From Nymphaea colorata (Eukaryota): a stretch of 64,000 bases of DNA. Numbering within the stretch: the stretch's first letter is position 1; each line of letters starts with the position of its first letter. The translations under genes and the position numbers were made by a program. The stretch lies in the NCBI RefSeq assembly GCF_008831285.2, contig NC_045138.2, positions 20,770,001 through 20,834,000 on the forward strand. Direction: 5' to 3'. Below, piece after piece: positions 14,528 through 24,963 of this stretch. The notes beneath the pieces are model-generated. The model was not told the origin of the DNA, made no database searches, and worked only from the letters and a program-made list of their open reading frames with translations.

Positions 14528-14554
<27 letters not shown>
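14514..14554. repeat. (CTT)n(CT)n microsatellite
   Basis: Direct reading. Confidence 0.9.
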
Positions 14555-14559
<5 letters not shown>

Positions 14560-15416
14560 ATTCAACCGTAATTAGGATCCAGCGCCCCTAACAACTTGGA
14601 CTCAGTCCTGTAAAAAACTCAGCCACTCAAATGCATATATGAGACTGGCGTGGCCTGAGCTTTGAAGGATCGGATAAAATCTTATTGAAACTGTTGATAG
14701 AATTGTTAGATTCAAAAGCTACACAGCTGTTGAATGAAAGCATGAAAAGGGAGACTCATAGTGATGGTGACCTCACAAAGACAAAGAGCCATGAATGAGC
14801 AATCGAAGTAGTTGGTTTCCTTTTACATGCTTTTTAGTATGGTAGGTTGGAGAATGTTGGTATGTAGGAGTAGGACTGAAGAGAGAGTTGAAGATATGAA
14901 TCTTAATGGCGCGTTTGGTTGCGTCAGTGTTTTATCCGAGGTGATTTCAGATGCCGGATCAGATGCGAGGTTTTAAGATCCGAGGTGCCCATTTTCAGCA
15001 TTATTACGTCCTCTTGCATCTCTTTCTCTAAGTCACCCCTGTCTCTCATTGAGAACCCTGGACTCCCACTCTCCAATGATGAAGTCCAAACTCTTATTTC
15101 TATTTTGTTTCTACGGTTTGTTTTTGTATCTAGGGAACTTCTTGTTTCTAAATTTTGTTATGCATTCTCATTTTATCGGCTCTCTTTCTCTGAGAAACTC
15201 TTCACTAGCATGTTTGAGGTTGCATCCTATGTTTCTCTTTCTCTAAGTCAATTTGTCTCCCATTGAGAACCCTGGAGGGCCTGGACTCCCAACTCTCATC
15301 AGCAGTTGCCATGGCCATTGAGAGCACATCTAAGATCCAGGCTGTCTCCCTCCCTAGTGGATTACAAAATTGTGAATCTCAAATCCACTGCCTGTTGAAA
15401 CCACAAATCTGTGAGC

Positions 15417-15968
15417 AAATCTGATTCTCAAATCTTAAATGCACCCTTAAGTTGATGGTAGAGATGTCAACTGATCAAATTCGAATTGGATATACTCTTA
15501 ACCGTATCTGTTTTCAGATAATCATATATTCATATTTGAATATGAACAAAAAAAGATCATACCCAAATCCAAAATCCGATTTCACAATCCGAATCGATCC
15601 AATTTTGATCCTCAAATCTTAAATGCTCCCTTAAGTTGATGGTAGATATGTCAATGGATCGAATTCGAATTGGATATACCCTTAACCGTAACTGTTTTCA
15701 GATATTCATATAGTCATATTCGAATATGAACAAAAAAAGATCATACCCAAATCCAAAATCCGATTTCACAATCCGAATCGATCCAAATCTGATCCTCAAA
15801 TCTTAAATGCTCCCTTAAGTTGATGGTAGATATGTCAATGGATCGAATTCGAATTGGATATACCCTTAACCGTAACTGATTTCAGATATTCGTATAGTCA
15901 TATTCGAATATGAACAAAAAAAGATCATACCCAAATCCAAAATCCGATTTCACAATGCGAATCGATCT
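15417..15968. repeat. 184-bp tandem repeat, 3 copies
   Basis: Anchor CTCAAATCTTAAATG occurs at 15427, 15611 and 15795. Copies 2 and 3 are nearly identical; copy 1 is more diverged. Confidence 0.95.
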
Positions 15969-16210
15969 AAAACCAATTTTTACATTCATATCCAAATCTG
16001 ATCAGATAGCTACGTATATCTGAATATGAATCCGATTAGATACCATTTCTTAAATCCGAATCTGATGTTATTTCTCAATCGGATATTAATTTTTTTTCAC
16101 ATCCGAATCTGATGTTATTTCTCAATCGGATATTAATTTTTTTTCACATCCGACTTTTTCAGAACAGTGTGGTCAGATATCCAGTCCAAAACTATGTATT
16201 GACATACTTA
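15459..16210. mobile_element. Non-autonomous hAT-like element with ATCCGA/TCGGAT subterminal motifs; its left end is amplified by the 184-bp repeat
   Basis: Left end TAGAGATGTCAA and right end TTGACATACTTA form an imperfect TIR, and ATCCG/AATCC motifs are dense. Similar fragments lie near 29450-29840 and 31010-31200. No convincing TSD. Confidence 0.5.
16054..16153. repeat. 47-bp perfect tandem duplication
   Basis: ATCCGAATCTGATGTTATTTCTCAATCGGATATTAATTTTTTTTCAC at 16054 and 16101, followed by ATCCGA at 16148. Confidence 0.9.
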
Positions 16211-18164
16211 ATCGAGGGGCATCACATGCAAGTTTGAAGCCTACCAAATAAATATGGCACCACCATGCAGAACTAGTTGCAGTGGCTAATCGGTGGGAGA
16301 GACTTCACGGATTTTACCAACTGCTGGATGCAATGTGACATCAATGGAGTTTCCCCGTGTTTGACTAGCCAACTCAAGGAAAGAAAGGAGCTAAATTAAG
16401 AACATGTCTAAGAAATGCAAACTGAGATGTGCTCGAGTTCTTTATTGTTAGGTGTAATCTATTACAGGATAATTATTCGATTCAAATTTTCATGACGCTG
16501 TATGAATCATGAAAACCAGGAAAGCTAAGTAAGAGATGTAGATTGGTTCCGTCAGCCCCTTTGCTTTATTGTGTTAGAATATGAAACTTGAACAGAAAAA
16601 TACATGCTAAGAGTTGTTTGTTTTGTATAGCTTGAATAATTAAGATCCATTTTGAGGCTGGAAGGTTGTGGACGTGCAAATAATTGGACACGAAGAGGTC
16701 CACTAGAAAATTTGCATGGTAATAGGCAAATATGCATGTGACATGTGCCATTTATTTACCAATAGAAATGATCTAACACAATCTTTGCACGTTCGAATAA
16801 TAAAGGAACTATCAATACTATACTCTACAATCTAAGGCACATGGGTAATTCAATAAGTTTACTGTACCACTGTCGTTGTATAGGTACTTGGACACTCTTG
16901 GCTATTTTTTAGATCAAAACTGATCCAAAATACATAATTTTACTTGATTTAGTTTGTTTTTAGCTCAGTTTTCACACAGTTTTTGAGAGTTATTATTCAT
17001 CAACATGTAATGTTTTTATTTATATCACTTGTTTATATAAATATTGCTTTCATTTTAATTTTTGTGATGTTTTTCACATATATATATATATACACACACA
17101 TTTTATAAATTGTACCCGCATCTTGGTATTTGTATCTGAATCCATACCCAAGTGGCTTAGTCTACAAGAGAATGGATGGGTCTCAATCTCCATGCAGCAA
17201 ACATGACCCAATTGTGTCTATCAGATGATGCCATGTATAATATGTTTGATATACAGTTACAAGGCTGCAAGATAAACTACAGACTTTGCATACGATTAAA
17301 TCACCAAGAGTTGTTAAAACATACATGTTCTTCAGCTCTACCTAAATGTAGTATCTCAATAAAACTACTGTCAGCCTCTCCACCCCTACCTTCCGTAGCT
17401 TCATGTGATACTTTGAATTTGAAATCGTATCTTTATGCATTTTACACCAACCATTCGCCATCTTGTAAACATTATTTACTTTAATCATATTCAAACTTTG
17501 TCTACGTACCTACCATTGGTATATGGTTGATAAATAATATTTATTTCACATGCACAATTGACTATTATCATGTGAATTTACTAGCCCACCTATTCGTGCC
17601 CAACTATTTGAAATTATGCAACCCTTTAAATTTGGTTTAGAGTTAAAAAAAAAAAAACAGTATTTATGTTTAAGGATGTGATTATTGTGCAACCAACTAC
17701 CAACTATCAGTGTAGAGGGCAGCCAGTCTCTTTTTTATTTTGGTACAAATTCTTTTCAAGATTCATGGATTTTGAAAATATTGTTTTCTCACCATACAAC
17801 CCCAACATGAGCATTTTTTTTTTCTCTTCTCTACACACAATGATGAGTCTGTTTTTATAGGAAATGAATGTAGTCTATATGACAATTGGAACTTCCAGTA
17901 TATGCATCCTTCCATGAATGAACATTGGATGCTTGATGAGACTGAAATTGGTGGAATTTTAGAATTGAAATTGTCATTTTTTATGAAATGAGAATTGTGT
18001 TATCAAACAAAGAATTTCAGTTCCGAAATTATAGTCTCATACTTGAATCAAAATTCCTAAATTGTCATTCTATCTTAACCGGCGGAATCATGATTCCAAA
18101 ATTGAAACAAATTTTCATCAAACACGTCAATTTCAATGTTGGAATCTCTCTTCCAAACTAAGTA

Positions 18165-18688
18165 TTCAAGAACTTGGAGTCTCTCTTTCAAAAAATCCCA
18201 ACCATATGATGGGAGAATATTGGGGCCACTTGTCTGGCTTGATGTCCCACTTTTTATAACAAGAGCAAACACATATAAAGATCCACTTACATTTTGTTAG
18301 AGACAAGTTAGCCAAAAAGAGTAGGGGATCAAACACATTTCATCTTATGGTCATCTGGCAGATGCTCTCACCAAGATTCTATGAAAAGATGGACAAAAAA
18401 TCTTTATGTTTCAAGTTCAAACATTTTGGCTAGAACAATCAACTTGAGTGGAGCTGTTTATGGGAAGGCATCAAGCTATAAGCTAGGACTTTCATAAATC
18501 GGCCTGAGAGAAACCTCTACTCTTCTCTTCATCCCCTCATGGTATTAGACCTGCTTTCGGTTTCTCAGGTTATGTTTTTATCCATTGAATTAGGCTCTAA
18601 AAGCTACATGTTATGGGAATTTTGATTTAAACCCATACTGACCATGTATGATCATATGGGATTTGTCAATGGGAGTGAACCTTGTCCA
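18165..18688 (+). mobile_element. Degenerate Ty1/copia relic: RNase H C-terminus, PPT, short LTR, PBS, gag N-terminus
   Basis: Translation through stops and frameshifts gives ELGVSL..PTI*WENIGATCLA*CPTFYNKSKHI / IHLHFVRDKLAKK / IKHISSYGHLADALTK (copia RNase H). This is followed by TTGAGTGGAG, TG...CA at 18455-18539, TGGTATTAGA at 18540, and SIELGSKSYMLWEF*FKPILTMYDHMGFVNGSEPCP at 18581-18688 (copia gag N-terminus). Confidence 0.78.
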
Positions 18689-19787
18689 CTTAATCTTACT
18701 GAAGGGTCGAATGAGTTCAATCATGTGTAGAACTGTCTAGTTTGATATCAAATTGAAGAGTTCAATGATGTCATGCTTTCGTCTTGATCTGCATTCTTAG
18801 GTGGGCAGCCTTAGAGGGTTGTTCCTCATTACTTAAAATTTAAGACATGGAAACAGTAGTTAGCTGTCGGAAAAGTTATATATTTGCTGTCAAATATTAT
18901 TGCGAACTTGGCACTTTCTTGAGTATCAATTGGAAGAGTTATTGTAGATCCCAAATCATTGGGTCAGGGATAAAAACCAGACCCTCAAACTTGATTATTG
19001 AAAGATTTTGTTACACAATCTAACCATACAGATGTGATTTTAAGAATGTTTTTATGAGAAATATATATTAATTTAATCATTTTTGAGTGAATAATGTTTT
19101 ATAATGGAAAAATCAACCGTTTTTATAACATCAAAAATTTACTGGTAGAAAAATCAAGTTTTTTCATATAATAAGACTTGTTTTATGTTGAATTAGTAAT
19201 TCTAAACATTCTAGATGGTTCTTAACAATGATTTAAGAAGATCCAGTTTTTGTCCCTTACCTAAGTGAGAGTTTGTTTCAGATCCTGCTCAAGTAAGGTC
19301 GTAATTGAAAAGTTCTTTTTTTTCACTCGATAAAATCTAAAAGAGCACAAAAATAATAGACAAAAGTTATTATTAACTTATGAGGGTTCTGCTGATTTTG
19401 TTCCAAAAACATTGATAAAAAATTTTAAAATTTTAAAAATTTAAAGGATTACGATTTCGTATATGTTAATAGCCATACGATCATCAACTCATCATAAATC
19501 CCAGACAAAAAAAAAACCTTCCTTAGATTGGGTCCCCGATCCCCAGAACTGCACTAATAATCTCTTGGTGCTACTTTCCGACGCAAAAGATTTGTTTCTT
19601 TTTGGGTAAATTTTTGAATATCTAGTTCATTTTCCAGTATCCAGTAGGCCCTACTTCTACCAAAGCGACAAGGTGCGAGTTGAAGATCACAGATTTCGAT
19701 GGGACACACAGCCCTCCTTTAAATTGAGGCTAAAGTGTTATTCAGAAAATATCTCTCTCCCTATCTCTCTCAGGCAGCTTGTAGAGG

Positions 19788-22700
19788 ATGGCAACGCTCG
19801 TGTTCCACAATGTAGTCCTCAAGGACTCCCCTCTCGCCAATTCTAAGAGACACCAGCTTCGATTTTCTTCAGCAGCACGGAGAAGTCTCCTTCCTGCAGC
19901 ATCTGTGAGTACAAAAGCACTCTTGGTTCTCAGCTAACTCGCGCCTTCCCTGTTGTTTCACATGCCGGTCTTTTAGATGGGACCTTGTCTTTTCTCGTTG
20001 TTATTAGTTGGTGGCAACAAAATGTCCTTAAACAAAATGTCCTTACCTTTATCTTTTAGTTCCGTGGATTAATTTCCTGGTGAATTTTTGTTTCTCTTAG
20101 AATCAGCAAAGAAAACATCTTCAGGTTCATGCCTTAAGTCATGCTGCAGAGCTTCTGGCGCACAGAATGCACAACTGTAGTTAGACCAATCTCTATTCTT
20201 GTATCCCAAAGCCGTAAACGTTTGCAATCTGTCTGCCCAAATTCCTTGAATACATCCCGCCATGGTTCTTCGTGATTGGATTCATCAATTTCCTCTGCTT
20301 AAATTTCGTAAGCATGAGGATGCCTTGGTTTGAGGGGAATATGAGATAAGCGTGATTTCTTTTCCTGTGAATGAAATTGTTCCCGTTGCTAGGAAATTGA
20401 ATCGTTTTTCGGTGGTTTTTGATCCATATAACGTTATGGACACAAAGTAATATAACAACCTTTGTTCTACGTTGCATCTTACCTTCATGAATTAGGATGG
20501 TAGATTTTCAGAACGTTTCAAAATGGGCCTTATTATGTTTTGCCTCTAAGAGTTGAAAGTCCTGGGTATGGCTTTCTTAATCCAAATGATATATGATTTA
20601 TAAGTTGTTACGCTTCCACCGTAATTTTTTGTCATTGTATTACTGCCTGTTCAGTTTGCTGTGAAGTTATAGTCGTTTTCCTCATGGCGGAAACTGAAAC
20701 AAATCTTCTAATTAGTTTTTAAATATATTTTAACTTCAATTCTGCTTTTTGAGTCGTGTGTTCTTTTTGTATCTTGCAACCAATTTCGTACGGCATGTGG
20801 TCTTAATTTCTGCAGGCTCTGATGTGTGCATCGTATAACAATGTCAGAAAGTTAGAGACCTCAGATAATAATAATTAGCTGAGTGTTCATGCGTCTTACC
20901 TTTGACTAAAAGTGGTCACATTTTTGTTGGTGGTTATGCTGTACGTCCTTATTTCTTCCTGTGCCAGCCTATTCTGCTCTGGACCATAACTTCATATTTA
21001 TGCAGAGGAAATATGCGCAGCATCAACATGCATGCCTGTCATTCAGAATAAATGCAACTAGTAACTTGTCAGATAGTCAGGAAGAACTCAAAGATGATGT
21101 AGATGAAGCTTGTGAACTAGTAAAAGGCGTTGAGCTTTGTTTAGGAGAAAATGATGACATATTTCATGCTTATTTGTTGGAGGCAGTTAAAAACAATAAA
21201 GGGAGAGGTATCCTACTTCTTAGTGATATATTCGGTTTTCAAGATACATCGACAAGAGACTTCGCATATCGTGTTGCCTGCAGCGGATACAAGTATATCT
21301 CTTGCTCTTGCAAGTTCATATAACTCTGTGTATTAGTAGTTATCTCAAGTTTGTTAAATGCTTATGTGCAGCACATTCTATCATCACATATGGCAGTTTC
21401 TTTATTGTTGTCCCTGTTCAAACTTTTTTCTGTTTACTTCTGATTTGAATCCCAAAGGTTACTTTCATTTGGATATTTGAAACAGTTAGAGCACCTCCTT
21501 AGACCGAGGCTACTCTTGTAGTCACTATGATTCTATTTTGCCGGTTTATGATTCAGTTTTTCCTTGGAAGGACCTGGTTTTGCTAAACTGAATAATTCCC
21601 AACAGATGGGAGTAGCAGCATGCATCTTTAACGGAGGAAAAAGAGCTCAGTTTAGTGTGTAACTATCAAAGAATAAAACTAGCATCTGAATGATTTGCTA
21701 CATTAGGCATGTCTGATACTACACATATCAATAATGTAATTAATGTTTTAACAATATGATTCTGTTCTTATCTTTTCCAAACAAAGTTGCAGTTTAAAGT
21801 TGTTCCTTTTAACAATTTATGCCCTTGCACGTTCTGTTAGGTATACAACATGTCACCAAAAAAAGGTCAACAGGTAAAATCCCTGTTGTTGTTATTACAT
21901 CAGTGTCAAAGATTTGTATGAACAACTGCATACTATGGAAATAGATAAGGCAGTTCATCCCAAAGGAGTTCCTTTTCTTGTGACTAAGAAAGTGTCCATC
22001 ATATGTATAGCATTTGGCGAACCATTTAGAATTGAAAGACTACCAACGGTTTCCTTTGAATGGCTAATGGCATGATTGAACAATTACAGATAGGCTGAGA
22101 TTTCCAAAAGTAATAAAGCATTACAGCATGATATCTGCTCACTTTAGAGTGAAGTCCTTTGATTTACGTTTCATAAAGTTGGTTTAGGCCTCAACTGTAC
22201 AATATATGGGCCATGAGCTGCACTGTGGTATTTAATACAGGCATGGTATTGATACCAAAGATGCAGGGAGTCTAGGAAAGCATCAAGGGAAATCCTGAAT
22301 TACAAGCAAACTTGTGTTCAAGCATATCATGTTCTTAGTATTTGGAGTTTGCAAAGCTTATGATTTTCAATTATGCCAATACCATCCTCAAATATGATAA
22401 AATGAACTGGTACCAAATCTTTCTTTTTTATGTCTTACAAATCAAGAGAGAGGGACAAATAGCATGGTCAGAGAAGTTCAAAATTAGGACATAAGAATGA
22501 AAAGTTATTGATGCAAAGATAGGACTGGAGCCAAAAAGTTTTAGTGGAGATTCTAGACCATTTCATAGTAGATGTATGTGTTTATGGCTGAAAATTCTAG
22601 ATAAAATTCCTGAAAACAATAGATGAAGTGCTACCCAGTCTACTGAAAGACTAAAATCCAAAATTCGACAATCTATATTCTCCCACATAAGTATCTACCT

Positions 22701-24282
22701 TGCACCTCTTTATTGCCATTTTAAATGGCTTGGAATACAACCAAATACCAGTATGCCATCGATATGAAAGAAAATATGGATACCATCTGCATTATGCAAT
22801 TTTTTATAAACATATTTGCTATCATCGCTTCTAGTAGTATTATATTTCCAGATATACTGCACTCTCAAAGTTGGTTACTCCTGAACAGCCATGTTAGCGA
22901 CGAATTTAGTCCTGATAAACTTTTGACCTAATGTTGTAAAAGTATTGATGAGAGAAGGGCACCAAACATGCTAAAATTTGCCCGTGGCTTGAATATTTCA
23001 ATGCCATGCCTTTGGTGAATGTTTTATATATTGTGCAATGTGTTCTGATTCTCTAGGGTTACAATTAACCAAGTATTGCCACTTGGGCTTGGCATCCTTC
23101 TCCTCTCCTGGCTTGGTCGACCTCCCAAATACATAAGTTATGATATTTGAGAGCACTTCCATGCATAAGAGGTAAACACTGTATAAGTTAAGCCGGTTTT
23201 GGACACAGGACAAACTTGCTGCAAATTGATGTAACTACAAACAGAAAAATACACTGAGGACTGTGTCATTCAAATGGAAACATATAGATGAGAAATGTAT
23301 ACTGTGAAAACACTTGAATCGACTTTAACAATAGGTTGTCAAAGTGCAAAGGAACTCAATGTTTCTTCGGAAGAGGTAAAACTCCCAATGGATGGACGCA
23401 AAAAGGATAACAACAAGGTCGGATCCTGCAAAGAGCAACATTCTTTCATAGAGCAGCTATGCCCTTGATCATTGGCACAATGTCTTTTTCTTACCCTATC
23501 TGGGTTTACACACTATTGTAGTTTACCCATTTGTTATTTTCTTACTTGCAGGCTGTCAATGGTTGCACTTATAGCAGCATGTTCTTTCGTATAGAACGCT
23601 TGCACCTTGGCCTTATACAAGTCCCTTTTTTTGGTCTCTCCTCCACTGCACTCTATGCATCTAACTCTCTATTGCAAGAAAGAGCAATTGGCTTACCCAA
23701 TTCATTTAAAGTTCCTCAGGTTCTGCATTTTGCTGTATTAATTGTTGCAGTGTCCTGGTGCCAGACCTGTTTCGTGGTGACCCCTGGGACAAAGGAAGAC
23801 CCCAAGCAGAGTTAGAAGAATGGATTCACAAGCAGTCAACAGACAGACTTGCAAAAGATGTGAACACTTGCATAAAATGGATGATTGACGAGTTTACAGC
23901 CGCAGGGCAGCCATCTGAGAAGCTTGGCATTGTTGGCTTCTGCTTTGGTGGTGGATGGTTGTTGAAGACTTTGGCCAATGACAGACAAGGGAACTTCGCC
24001 GCTGGTGTCTGCTTCTATGGAACTAGACTGAATTCAACTCTGGCTGCTGATGTGAAGGTTCCTGTGCTCTTCATTGCAGGTGACAAGGATCCATTGTGCC
24101 CTACGTCTGTACTGATGGATATAAGGAGAAGCCTTCCTGGATCCCGAACAGTCATATACCCAGGGCGAGGTCATGGATTCGCTCATCGGCCCGAATCCGC
24201 GGAGGAAGATGAAGATGCAGAAAAGGCCTTCATTCTGATGAGAAATTGGCTGCATGATGAGTTGTTGAGGAAGAACAATTGA
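19788..24282 (+). CDS. Dienelactone hydrolase family (carboxymethylenebutenolidase-like) alpha/beta hydrolase, probably organelle-targeted
   Basis: Exons 19788-19904, 21006-21292 and 23751-24282 (936 nt, 311 aa) have canonical, phase-compatible splice sites; the last junction reads GY-N-VLVPDLFRGDPW. DLH motifs: LLSDIFG, nucleophile elbow GFCFGG, GDKDPLC, GHGFAHR (Cys-Asp-His triad). Exon 1 is Ser/Arg/Ala-rich like a transit peptide and is less certain than exons 2-3. Confidence 0.9.
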
Positions 24283-24963
24283 TTTCGCAAATTGAGATTG
24301 CCTTTCTGTATCATATATTATATAAACCTGTAGGGTAGTTTCCTTCAAACTCTTCAACAAAAACAGAGCTGATCTAAATTGCCATAACGTGATCATCCTG
24401 AAAATAAATTGGATGGGCACACCGCATGGAAAGCGTGAAAGCGACCATTTTCACCCGGCATGTCTACAATTAGATTTTTAGAAGCAACAAGAAGAGAGTA
24501 TCTCTCCTTTACTCTTTAGTCCTGGTGAACTTGGAACTGTGGCCGTAGTGTCCTCTAGACATGCATCGTACGGGAAATACAGAAACTTTGTGAATACAGC
24601 AGAAAATGACAAAAATCAGTTTGAAATATTATAGAGCATCCCACATTCTGATCTAAATGCTAATCTGATATACTGTTATTAGTTAAGTTCTTTTCGTCAA
24701 GACAGGTGATATGAAAGGTTAAAAGGGTCGCTCATGGGAGATGCAAGGTGAACCCCACCGAGGCAGCAGGTTCTCTGTTCGAGTCCCATACACATACTCG
24801 CCCCCATGCGCCCCCAAGGTGAGCGACGGCCGTCAGATGGGGACAGGGCTATAAGGTGATCTTGAACCCCATGGGAGACATCAAGAAGGAAGGATAGTTG
24901 TTACAAACTGCTGAAGTTTCTGTTATCCTTTACCCACTTCTTCCTCCAACTTCATGCCAAGTG

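Noticed and set aside
14906..15446. Possible Tourist-like MITE (TGGCGCGTTT ... AAATGCACCC, TAA/TTA flanks) and the 115-aa ORF at 14919
   Set aside because: TIR similarity is too short to call as a feature, and the ORF has no recognisable homology.
15417..15968. CRISPR-like array
   Set aside because: The units are contiguous tandem copies with no unique spacers, in a eukaryotic context.
24034..24420. Antisense ORFs over the hydrolase and LEA-like exons (also 25004-25225, 26022-26548, 27381-27799)
   Set aside because: Shadow frames of real coding exons.
24760..24800. tRNA gene
   Set aside because: B-box only; no cloverleaf or acceptor stem could be built.
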